A stretch of 64,000 nt of DNA. It comes from Candidatus Onthovivens sp. (lineage in GTDB: Bacteria > Bacillota_I > Bacilli_A > RFN20 > CAG-826). A program made the translations under genes and the position numbers. The stretch lies in assembly GCA_036746835.1 (NCBI GenBank), contig DAIODM010000001.1:281-64280 (forward strand), read 5' to 3'. Under the pieces are notes generated by a model. The model saw only the letters and a program-made list of their open reading frames with translations, had not been told where the DNA came from and ran no database searches. This document shows positions 56,034 to 64,000 of this stretch, one piece after another. Numbering within the stretch: position 1 is the first letter of the stretch; every line of letters starts with the position of its first letter.

Positions 56034-58802
56034 ATGGAATTTAAAGACACACTCTTAATGGGTAAAAGTGGATTCGAAATGAGAGGCAATCTCAATCAAA
56101 AAGAACCTTTATTGATCGAAAAATGGACCAAAGAAGATATTTATGACAAGATGCAAGTTAAACGAGATCTTGGTGAATATATGCTTCATGATGGACCTCC
56201 ATATGCTAATGGTGCGATGCATTGTGGTCATATGCTAAATCGTGTTTTAAAAGACTTTGTTGTTCGTTATAAGAATATGCAAGGTTATAAGACACCATTT
56301 ATTTTCGGATGGGATACTCATGGATTACCAATTGAAAATCAATTGACTAAAAATGGTGTAAATCGAAAATCAATGCCAATTTATGAATTTAGAAAATTAT
56401 GTGAAGAATATGCTTTAAAACAAGTTGAAAATCAAAAAGCATCTATTCGTAGATTAGGTGTTTTAGGTGATTATGATCATCCATATTTAACTCTTCAAAA
56501 AGATTTTGAAGCTAGTGAAATTCATTGTTTTGCTACAATGGCTTTAAAGGGCCTTATCTATAAAGGATTAAAGCCAGTTTATTGGTCTCCATCAAGTGAA
56601 TCAGCTCTAGCTGAAGCTGAAATTGAATATCAAGATATTAAAGCTTATACAATTTTTGTTGCTTTTAGTGTTAAAGATACTAAAGGTAAAATTCCAAGCG
56701 ATGCAAAGTTTATTATCTGGACAACAACTCCATGGACTCTTCCTGCAAACCTTGCTATTTGTACACATCCAAAATTTGTTTATGGTTTATTTAATACTGA
56801 TAAAGGTAAATTTATTTTCTTAAGTGAACTTAAAGATAAATTATCTGAAAAATTATGTTTCACAAAATGCGAATTAATTGCTGAATATAGTGGTAAAGAA
56901 TTAGAAGGAATTGTTTGTAAACATCCTTTCTATGATCGTGATTCTGTCGTAATTAACGCTGATTATGTCACTAATGTTGATGGAACTGGTATTGTTCACA
57001 TTGCTCCAGGACATGGTGAAGATGATTATAATGCGTGTTTAAAATATGGAATTAAACCATATTGTCCTGTTGATGAACATGGAAAATTAACCGAAGATTG
57101 TGGTCCACGATTAGCTGGATTATTTTATGAAGATGCAAATAAAGTTGTTTTAGATATCTTAAAAGAGAATGGTTGTTTATTAAAAGAAGAAGATATCGTT
57201 CATAGTTATCCTCATGATTGGCGTACTCATAAACCAGTTATATTTAGAGCTACTTCACAATGGTTCTGTTCAATTGAACCAATTCGTAAAGATTTACTAA
57301 AAGCAATTGATGAACAAGTCAATTGGACACCTTCTTGGGGTCGTATTCGTATGGAAAATATGATTAAAGACCGTAATGATTGGTGCATTAGCCGTCAAAG
57401 AGCATGGGGTGTTCCTCTTCCTATCATATATTGTGAAGATGGTACTCCAATTATCGAAGAAAAAGTTTTTGATAATATTGAAAAATTAGTCCGTGAATTT
57501 GGTAGTAATACTTGGTATGAAAGAGATGAAAAAGACTTATTACCTGTTGGATATACAAATTCTCACTCACCAAATGGTATTTTCCATAAAGAAAAAGATA
57601 TTATGGATGTTTGGTTTGATAGTGGTAGTAGTTTTAATGCAGTTTTAAATGGAAGAAAACTTAAATTCCCAAGTGATTTATATCTTGAAGGAAGCGATCA
57701 ATATCGTGGTTGGTTTAATAGTTCACTTATTATTAGTGTTGCTAACTATGGTGTTGCGCCTTATAAAAATATTGTAAGCCATGGCTATGTTCTTGATGCT
57801 AATTGGGACAAAATGTCTAAATCAAAAGGCAATGGAATCGATCCAATCAAGATTTGCAATGTTTATGGTGCAGATATTTTAAGATTATGGGTAGCTTTAA
57901 CTGATTATCAACAAGATGTTCGTTTAAGTGAAGATATCGTTAAACAAAGTGTTGAAGTTTACCGTAAAATTAGAAATACATTTAAATTTTTATTATCAAA
58001 TTTAAGCAATGGTGAAGGTGACTCCTTTAAAGAAGAAGATAAGATTCCATATGATGAATTAAAGCTTACAGATAAATATATTTGGAATCGTTTAAATGAA
58101 ATTGTTAATAGTTTTAATGAAAACTTTGATAAGTTTAATTTCTTAAGTGCTATGACTGATTTAATGAAGTTTATTAGTGATGATCTATCAAGTTTCTACT
58201 TAGATATTACTAAAGATTCACTATATTGCGATAGCAAAGACTCTTTAAGAAGAAAACAAATTCAAACTGTATTCAATCGCTGTGTGGAAGTTTTAATGAA
58301 ACTTCTTAATCCAGTATTACCATTTACTATGGATGAAGTTAATGCAAATTGGTCACTCAAGAGCAAAGATAATGTTCAACTTTATGATTATCCTGCAAAA
58401 GTAGAAGATGTGGATTATACCTTAATTAAACAATATCAAGATAACTTTATTAGAGTTAGACAAGAAGTTTTAAAAGCAATCGAAGAGAGACGTAATACCA
58501 ATGATGTTCATAGCTCTCAAGAAGCTAAAGTAGATATTTCTTTTAAAGATATTAATTTAAAAGAATATATGAATAAAAATTTCACTGCAAAGGATTTAGC
58601 AGAATTATTTATTGTTAGTGAAGTTAATCTTGAAGACAATCAAAAATCTGGTTTTAAAGGCGAAACAGCCACAATTTATGTTGGCCATCATAAAGGCATT
58701 AAGTGTGATCGTTGCTGGAACTATTTTGATGAAGACCAAATTAGCGAAGTAGAGGGAGCTCATGTATGTCCAAGATGCAAGACAACAATAACCAAGAAAT
58801 AA
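56034..58802 (+). CDS. ileS: isoleucine--tRNA ligase
   Basis: 922 aa with HIGH-type HCGH, KMSKS, a CP1 editing domain and the C-terminal zinc finger CDRCW...CPRC. Confidence 0.96.
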   Translation: MEFKDTLLMGKSGFEMRGNLNQKEPLLIEKWTKEDIYDKMQVKRDLGEYMLHDGPPYANGAMHCGHMLNRVLKDFVVRYKNMQGYKTPFIFGWDTHGLPIENQLTKNGVNRKSMPIYEFRKLCEEYALKQVENQKASIRRLGVLGDYDHPYLTLQKDFEASEIHCFATMALKGLIYKGLKPVYWSPSSESALAEAEIEYQDIKAYTIFVAFSVKDTKGKIPSDAKFIIWTTTPWTLPANLAICTHPKFVYGLFNTDKGKFIFLSELKDKLSEKLCFTKCELIAEYSGKELEGIVCKHPFYDRDSVVINADYVTNVDGTGIVHIAPGHGEDDYNACLKYGIKPYCPVDEHGKLTEDCGPRLAGLFYEDANKVVLDILKENGCLLKEEDIVHSYPHDWRTHKPVIFRATSQWFCSIEPIRKDLLKAIDEQVNWTPSWGRIRMENMIKDRNDWCISRQRAWGVPLPIIYCEDGTPIIEEKVFDNIEKLVREFGSNTWYERDEKDLLPVGYTNSHSPNGIFHKEKDIMDVWFDSGSSFNAVLNGRKLKFPSDLYLEGSDQYRGWFNSSLIISVANYGVAPYKNIVSHGYVLDANWDKMSKSKGNGIDPIKICNVYGADILRLWVALTDYQQDVRLSEDIVKQSVEVYRKIRNTFKFLLSNLSNGEGDSFKEEDKIPYDELKLTDKYIWNRLNEIVNSFNENFDKFNFLSAMTDLMKFISDDLSSFYLDITKDSLYCDSKDSLRRKQIQTVFNRCVEVLMKLLNPVLPFTMDEVNANWSLKSKDNVQLYDYPAKVEDVDYTLIKQYQDNFIRVRQEVLKAIEERRNTNDVHSSQEAKVDISFKDINLKEYMNKNFTAKDLAELFIVSEVNLEDNQKSGFKGETATIYVGHHKGIKCDRCWNYFDEDQISEVEGAHVCPRCKTTITKK

Positions 58803-59383
58803 AAGTAGAAGAAAAAGAAAACATTAAAAAAGAATCATCATTTAAGTGGTTTTTAAATTCTTTTATATGGCTTGCAATCATTCTTTTTATAATTGATGTT
58901 ATAACTAAATTTGCTGCTTACTATAATTTAACTTATGGAGAATCAATCAAAATTCCAGGTCTTACTTGGTTAGTTCAATTTACTTTAACATTTAATACCG
59001 GAGCTGCTTGGGGATTAGGTGGAAATAACCTTGTAAGTCAAATTCTTTTATGTATTTTGAGTTATATAGCAGGTGGTGCAATCATTTTTTATTACACTAA
59101 GAAGCAAAAAGAGTTAAATAAACTTTTAAAAGCAATTTTAATGGTTTGTTTAGCAGGTGATATTGGAAATTTAGTTGATAGAACCTTTGCTTTAATGTCA
59201 AATTTACCAACAATTTATCAACATGGTGTTGTAGATTTTATTGATATTACACCTTTAATTCCAGGGTTTGGTATTTTTAATTTTGCTGATAGTTGTCTTA
59301 CTGTTGGTATTTTAATGTTAATTGTCTATGAAATCGTTGTTTCAATTAAAAGCGATAAAAAAGAAACGGATAGTAAAAAATAG
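58766..59383 (+). CDS. lspA: lipoprotein signal peptidase II
   Basis: 205 aa with GAAWG, VDRT...GVVDFIDI and IFNFADS motifs. It overlaps the 3' end of ileS by 37 nt and has a hydrophilic ~25-aa N-terminal extension. Confidence 0.85.
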   Translation: MSKMQDNNNQEIKVEEKENIKKESSFKWFLNSFIWLAIILFIIDVITKFAAYYNLTYGESIKIPGLTWLVQFTLTFNTGAAWGLGGNNLVSQILLCILSYIAGGAIIFYYTKKQKELNKLLKAILMVCLAGDIGNLVDRTFALMSNLPTIYQHGVVDFIDITPLIPGFGIFNFADSCLTVGILMLIVYEIVVSIKSDKKETDSKK

Positions 59384-60291
59384 TGAATAAAGAATTTATT
59401 GTTTCAAAAGAAGAAGAATCTCTTCGTATTGATAAATTTTTATCCTTAAAAGACCCAAAATGTTCAAGGGTTTATTTTTCTAATTTAATTAAAAACAATA
59501 AGGTTACTGTAAATGGAAAAAATGTCTCTCCATCTTATAAAATTAGAAATAATGATAAGATTTTTGTTGATTATACCAAGGATGAAATCGATGAAACAAT
59601 TACTCCTTTTAAATTTAAGTTAGATATTATCTATGAAGATGATGATATTATCATTATAAATAAGCCAAAAGGATTAGTTGTACATCCAGGAGATGGACAT
59701 CATGACGATACATTGGTTAATGCTTTAATTTATGCAAAAAAGGAATTATCTACGATTAATGGACTTGAACGAGTTGGAATAGTTCATAGAATCGATAAGG
59801 ATACGTCTGGATTGCTCTTAATTTGTAAGAATAATTATGCTCATAATTTTATTGCTAAACAATTAAAAGATCATTCTATGCATCGAGAGTATTATGCTTT
59901 AGTAATGGGTGTAATTAATGAAGATAATGGAAAAATTATTGCTCCAATTGGTCGAGATAAGTCGAATAGATTAAAAATGTGCGTTGATCCAACAAATGGT
60001 AGAGATGCAATCACTCATTTTACTGTTATTAAACGCTTTAAAAAATATACGTTAGTATCTTGTAAACTAGAAACAGGTCGTACACATCAAATCCGTGTTC
60101 ATATGGATTATATTCAGCATCCAGTAGTAGGTGATTCATTATATGGACATAATAATTGTGGAATTTATAATAATGGACAATTATTGCATGCTTATCAATT
60201 GACATTTGTCCATCCAACAACAAAAAAAGAGATGACATTTACATGTCCTCTCCCTGATTATTTTAAAGAAGTAATCGATAAATTAGAGTAG
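59383..60291 (+). CDS. rluD: RluA/RluD-family 23S rRNA pseudouridine synthase
   Basis: S4-like N-terminus, the catalytic HRIDKDTSGLLL and GRTHQIRVH. The start is GTG, and the gene follows lspA as in Bacillus. Confidence 0.88.
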   Translation: MNKEFIVSKEEESLRIDKFLSLKDPKCSRVYFSNLIKNNKVTVNGKNVSPSYKIRNNDKIFVDYTKDEIDETITPFKFKLDIIYEDDDIIIINKPKGLVVHPGDGHHDDTLVNALIYAKKELSTINGLERVGIVHRIDKDTSGLLLICKNNYAHNFIAKQLKDHSMHREYYALVMGVINEDNGKIIAPIGRDKSNRLKMCVDPTNGRDAITHFTVIKRFKKYTLVSCKLETGRTHQIRVHMDYIQHPVVGDSLYGHNNCGIYNNGQLLHAYQLTFVHPTTKKEMTFTCPLPDYFKEVIDKLE

Positions 60292-61203
60292 TTTAGTACT
60301 TGTAATTTCTTCAAAATTCTTGAAGTTTTGTTTAGCTAACTTTGAAAAAGCATCTAAACCATATTTTTCGATGAATTTTTTGCTAAATTCATTTACTTGT
60401 TCACCAGCACCAAATGGAATTTTCATACCAATTTTCTTTGAATTGAATTCCATATCAGCCAAGAAATAATAACGTGCAATACAACTTGCAAGAGCAACGC
60501 TAGGGAAATAGCTTTCACCTTTTTCTCTAAAAACAACACCATCTGTAATATGCTCAATATCGTTTAAATAAGCATAATAATTCTTTTCTGGAGTAAATTG
60601 ATCAATATAAACATTATGAACGTAAGGGCAACGTTCATGAAGCTTTGTTAAGACGAAATTATGAAGAATACATTTTATTTTAACCATATTAAAGCCTTTT
60701 TTAACGGCTTCATTATATCTTTCATTAGTTAAAATTTTATATTCATAATGAACTTTCTTTAAAAGAAGTGGAACAACTTCCATAATTTTTTCATCAGTAA
60801 GTTTTTTGGAATCTTTTATATCATATTCAGCAATTAATTTCATTGTTTCGTGATCACAATAAGCTGCACAAACTACGATTGGACCTAAAAAATCACCAGT
60901 TCCTACTTCATCACTACCTATTTGTTGATCAACATCAATAAAATATGGTGATTCCTTTACTTTTTTCTCTTTTTTAGGGATTAAAAGAACACTTTTTGCA
61001 TATTTTTTTGCAATATCGGTAGCATTATCGCCTTGAATTGTAATTTTAAAAGACATGCCTTTCTTATTGTTAAAGGCAGTTATAATATTTGAGTCAGTTT
61101 TGATTACAAACATAATATAACCAATATCTCTACTAATAATATTATCTTTGTAGTCCTGCTCAACTTGTTTTAATGTCTCTTCATCAACTTTGACTGTTAT
61201 CAT
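60283..61203 (-). CDS. rnhC: ribonuclease HIII
   Basis: 306 aa with an N-terminal TBP-like domain and the RNase HII/HIII catalytic GSDEVGTGDFLGP. It lies next to mutS2, as in Firmicutes. Confidence 0.85.
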   Translation of the reverse strand: MITVKVDEETLKQVEQDYKDNIISRDIGYIMFVIKTDSNIITAFNNKKGMSFKITIQGDNATDIAKKYAKSVLLIPKKEKKVKESPYFIDVDQQIGSDEVGTGDFLGPIVVCAAYCDHETMKLIAEYDIKDSKKLTDEKIMEVVPLLLKKVHYEYKILTNERYNEAVKKGFNMVKIKCILHNFVLTKLHERCPYVHNVYIDQFTPEKNYYAYLNDIEHITDGVVFREKGESYFPSVALASCIARYYFLADMEFNSKKIGMKIPFGAGEQVNEFSKKFIEKYGLDAFSKLAKQNFKNFEEITSTKLL

Positions 61204-61249
61204 TAGTAAAATTATACCATTAATCGTGCTTTTATGCTAATATTACTTT

Positions 61250-63544
61250 ATGAATTCAGTACGACAAATACTCGAAATTGATCGAATTTTGGATCAAGTT
61301 AAAAGATATATTAAAACACCAAGGGGTTCGATTATTTTAGCAAATCTTGATGTTTTTGATGAAAAAAACGATTGTAAAGAAGAATTAGCTAGATTGAGTG
61401 AAATGCTATCTTTAATTGAAAAGTATAATGATCTGCCAATTAACAGTCATATAGATATTTTTGATGAAATCCAAAAAGCTAAAAAAGGTAGTGTAATCAA
61501 TGAGAAAAGCTTCAATGACATTAAAGAAGTTTTATCTTCTTGTCGAGAAATTATAAAATTCTACAACAAAATAGTTGAAAAACCTACGTTGTTATCGGCA
61601 TATTTTACTAAAATTGTTTTTGATGAGAAATTATATAACAAGATAAATCAAGTTATAACAGTTGATAATACAGTTGCTGATAATGCTTCGCCAAAATTAA
61701 ATCAAATTAGACATTCACTTGAAAAAAGCGAAAAAGAAATTCACACAACAATCTCCAAATTGATGATTACTTATAAAGATCAATTATCCGGAGATAATTA
61801 TGTTTTACGTGATGGAGTCTATGTTTTACCAATAAATTCATCATATAAGGCAAGTGTTGATGGTTTAGTTCATGATATAAGTGATAGTGGCATGACAACT
61901 TTTATCGAGCCATTAGAGATTGTTAATCTTGAAAACAACAAACACGTTCTTGAAATTCAAGAAAAAGAAGAAGTTACGAGAATTTTGAAGGAATTAACCC
62001 AAAATGTTATTCAAGATGAAGGAATTTTAACAACAAACGATCAAATTATTGGATATTTTGACTTTTTACAATCAAAATCTCATTATTGTGTTGAAATTGA
62101 TGGTGTAGTGCCTAAATTGCTTGATAATCAATTTATTAAGTTATATTTAGCTAGACACCCATTGTTAGATAAAAACACTGTTGTTCCAAATGACTTCAAT
62201 TTAGGCAATGATAAAACCCTTATGCTTATTAGTGGTCCAAATGCTGGTGGCAAAACAATTGCTTTGAAGACAGTTGCTACTCTTTGTTATATGACAAAGA
62301 TGGGTTTACCTATTCCAGCTGGAAGCGGTAGTGAGCTTGGATTCTTTAGAAAAATCTATGTAGATATAGGTGATAATCAATCTATAGAAAATAATTTGTC
62401 AACTTTTAGCGCTCATATTTCAGTTCTTTCAGTGCTTTTAAAGTATATATCTAGTAAAGATTTAGTAGTTATAGATGAATTAGGCAATGGAACAGATCCT
62501 AAAGAGGGTGAAGCTTTAAGTATGGCTGTTGTTGAATATTTGCTTGATAGAAAATGTTTAACTTTAATCACTTCACACTTTGCTTTACTTAAACAATTTG
62601 GACTTGGAAATAAGAGTGTTCTTAGTGCATCATTCATTTTTGATGATAAAAAAATTGAGCCAACTTTTAGAATTATTTATGATGTATCAGGAAAAAGCTA
62701 TGGATTCGCGATTGCAAAAAAGTATGGTTTAAATGATGCTATTGTCGAAAGAGCAAGAAAGATTTACGAACAAAATTATATTGATAATTCAGATAGAAAA
62801 CTTGAAATTTTAGAAGATAAAGAGCGTTCTATACATGAAAAAAATGAGGAATTAAATGCTAAAAGAAAAGAACTTGATTCTTTAAATTCTGAACTTAAGA
62901 AAAAACAAGATATAATCGAAGAAAAAGAGAAGAATCTAAAAGAGAAAAAGATTGCTAGTTTTGATGAATATTTAGATTCAAAAATTGATGAAATTGATGA
63001 TATTGTTGATGAATTTAAAGCTTCAAATAAGAAAAATGAAAAAGAATATATTGAGCGTCTAAACAAGATATCTGTTTCAAAGAAAGAAAAAGAAAAGATA
63101 GAAATCGGAGATTTTGTTGAGATTAAAGGCTTAAATGTAAGCGGTAAAGTTGTTAGAATTGTAGGTAAAAAAGTCAACATCGTAACTAGAGATGGATTTT
63201 CTTTAAATGCATCCTATGATCAATGTGAGAAAACTGATGGGCCAGCTGCTGTTAGACCATCACAAACAAATATTGATAAGGCAATTTTAAATCAAAAAGT
63301 CCTCTCAGCATCGTTAAATCTTGTTGGTTTCCATATTGATGAAGGATTAAATACATTAGATAAATATTTATCTGATTGTTATAGTCGTGGACTCCATGTT
63401 GTTAAAGTAATTCATGGCTATGGAAGTGGTCAATTACGAAATGCTATTCATGCCCATTTAAAAACATTAAGTTTTGTTGAGTCTTTTAGATTAGGAACGG
63501 ATGTTGATGGTGGTACAGGAGCAACAATTGTTACATTAAAATGA
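61250..63544 (+). CDS. mutS2: endonuclease MutS2
   Basis: 764 aa with Walker A GPNAGGKT, a KE-rich coiled coil and the C-terminal Smr domain (LNLVGFHIDE...VIHGYGSGQLR). Confidence 0.93.
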   Translation: MNSVRQILEIDRILDQVKRYIKTPRGSIILANLDVFDEKNDCKEELARLSEMLSLIEKYNDLPINSHIDIFDEIQKAKKGSVINEKSFNDIKEVLSSCREIIKFYNKIVEKPTLLSAYFTKIVFDEKLYNKINQVITVDNTVADNASPKLNQIRHSLEKSEKEIHTTISKLMITYKDQLSGDNYVLRDGVYVLPINSSYKASVDGLVHDISDSGMTTFIEPLEIVNLENNKHVLEIQEKEEVTRILKELTQNVIQDEGILTTNDQIIGYFDFLQSKSHYCVEIDGVVPKLLDNQFIKLYLARHPLLDKNTVVPNDFNLGNDKTLMLISGPNAGGKTIALKTVATLCYMTKMGLPIPAGSGSELGFFRKIYVDIGDNQSIENNLSTFSAHISVLSVLLKYISSKDLVVIDELGNGTDPKEGEALSMAVVEYLLDRKCLTLITSHFALLKQFGLGNKSVLSASFIFDDKKIEPTFRIIYDVSGKSYGFAIAKKYGLNDAIVERARKIYEQNYIDNSDRKLEILEDKERSIHEKNEELNAKRKELDSLNSELKKKQDIIEEKEKNLKEKKIASFDEYLDSKIDEIDDIVDEFKASNKKNEKEYIERLNKISVSKKEKEKIEIGDFVEIKGLNVSGKVVRIVGKKVNIVTRDGFSLNASYDQCEKTDGPAAVRPSQTNIDKAILNQKVLSASLNLVGFHIDEGLNTLDKYLSDCYSRGLHVVKVIHGYGSGQLRNAIHAHLKTLSFVESFRLGTDVDGGTGATIVTLK

Positions 63545-64000
63545 ACGAAAAACTTCAAAATGAAATAAATTTATTGCCTAATAAACCCGGTTGTTATCTC
63601 ATGCACGATATTGATGATGAGATTATTTATATTGGAAAAGCGAAGAATTTAAAAAATAGGGTTACTCAGTATTTTACTCGACCACATGAAGGAAAAACTG
63701 CAGCAATGGTCTCTCATGTTGATCATTTTGAGATAATAATAACAAGAACAGAAAAAGAAGCTTTTATTCTTGAAATGAATTTAATTCAAAAGCACCTTCC
63801 TCGTTATAACATTATGCTTAAAGATGATAAGCATTATCCTTATATCGCTATACATAAAGTTAAAGATCCATATATCTCTATTGCAAGAAATACAAAAGAT
63901 AGAAGATGTGAATATTTTGGACCATTTCCAGAATCAACAAACGCCTATAAAATGATTGATATTTTAAATAAATTTTTTCCTTTAAGAAAATGCTCAAATG
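63541..64000 (+). CDS. uvrC: excinuclease ABC subunit C, N-terminal part (continues off the window)
   Basis: Hand translation gives MNEKLQNEINLLPNKPGCYLMHDIDDEIIYIGKAKNLKNRVTQYF...LPRYNIMLKDDKHYPYI, a GIY-YIG domain. Its ATG overlaps the mutS2 TGA (ATGA). Confidence 0.9.
   Translation, partial: MNEKLQNEINLLPNKPGCYLMHDIDDEIIYIGKAKNLKNRVTQYFTRPHEGKTAAMVSHVDHFEIIITRTEKEAFILEMNLIQKHLPRYNIMLKDDKHYPYIAIHKVKDPYISIARNTKDRRCEYFGPFPESTNAYKMIDILNKFFPLRKCSN

Noticed and set aside
62776-63180. 134-aa ORF antisense to the mutS2 coiled-coil region
   Set aside because: The Phe/Ser/Leu-rich translation is the reverse complement of a Lys/Glu-rich segment. It has no start context and lies within a confident gene.
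1-64000. Possibility of genetic code 4 (TGA read as Trp), given the Mollicutes-like features
   Set aside because: pcp, the yceD-like gene and mutS2 end at TGA at the positions expected from family length. Every conserved protein is full length under the standard code, with no in-frame TGA.
1-64000. CRISPR arrays, tRNA/rRNA genes, IS elements, prophage or defence islands
   Set aside because: No regularly spaced direct repeats were found apart from the short motifs reported. The intergenic regions hold no cloverleaf-like sequences. No transposase-, integrase-, recombinase-, restriction- or Cas-like ORFs appear in any frame. Non-coding space is almost fully accounted for by T-boxes, promoters and terminators.

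Overview
The window is AT-rich, densely packed and almost entirely coding. It reads in the standard genetic code: TGA is a stop (pcp, the yceD-like gene, mutS2) and no obvious gene is interrupted by TGA. The gene content is core low-GC Firmicutes/Mollicutes.

Main gene groups:
- Glycolysis: gpmA, pfkA-pyk, ackA.
- Replication and repair: Firmicutes-type dnaB-dnaI, dnaE, polA, an fpg::coaE fusion, rnhC, mutS2, uvrC.
- Translation: thrS, pheST and ileS, each behind a T-box leader.
- A stripped-down division cluster, mraZ-rsmH-(68 aa TM)-ftsA-ftsZ, with no mur/pbp/ftsW genes.
- lspA-rluD.
- Many lipobox proteins.

The minimal dcw cluster, the lipoprotein-anchored enzymes, glf and TGA as a stop are consistent with an Acholeplasma-like wall-less lineage. 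That assignment is inference only.

The one accessory-looking block is a roughly 22 kb alpha-glucan (maltodextrin/glycogen) locus at 20992-42991. It carries two GH77 paralogs (one with its catalytic residues substituted), a cytoplasmic GH13, a MalEFG-type ABC importer and a lipoprotein GH13 amylase. It also carries an 845-aa MalK-type ATPase with a ~470-aa extension, two unassignable lipoproteins, a lipoprotein pullulanase, a PHP phosphatase, glgB and glgP.

No rRNA, tRNA, CRISPR array, transposase, integrase, prophage or recognisable defence genes were seen.

The least explained signal is non-coding. An exact 14-nt core, AGTAGTTTTCTAGT, sits inside tandem TAGTAGTTT-like units and recurs in promoter-proximal intergenic regions upstream of pfkA, malQ1, the PHP-glgB-glgP block and (partially) ftsA.

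Other points worth a second look:
- A free-standing FakA/YloV middle-domain ORF inserted between the Phe T-box and pheS.
- A DUF523/TudS-like protein with a Ser/Tyr/Asn/Arg-rich low-complexity tail, translationally coupled to a small membrane protein.
- A degenerate MsrB domain fused to MsrA.
- A DnaI homolog with degenerate Walker motifs.
- Nearly identical expression platforms in the thrS and ileS T-boxes.

All family assignments rest on motif recognition by eye. No searches were run.
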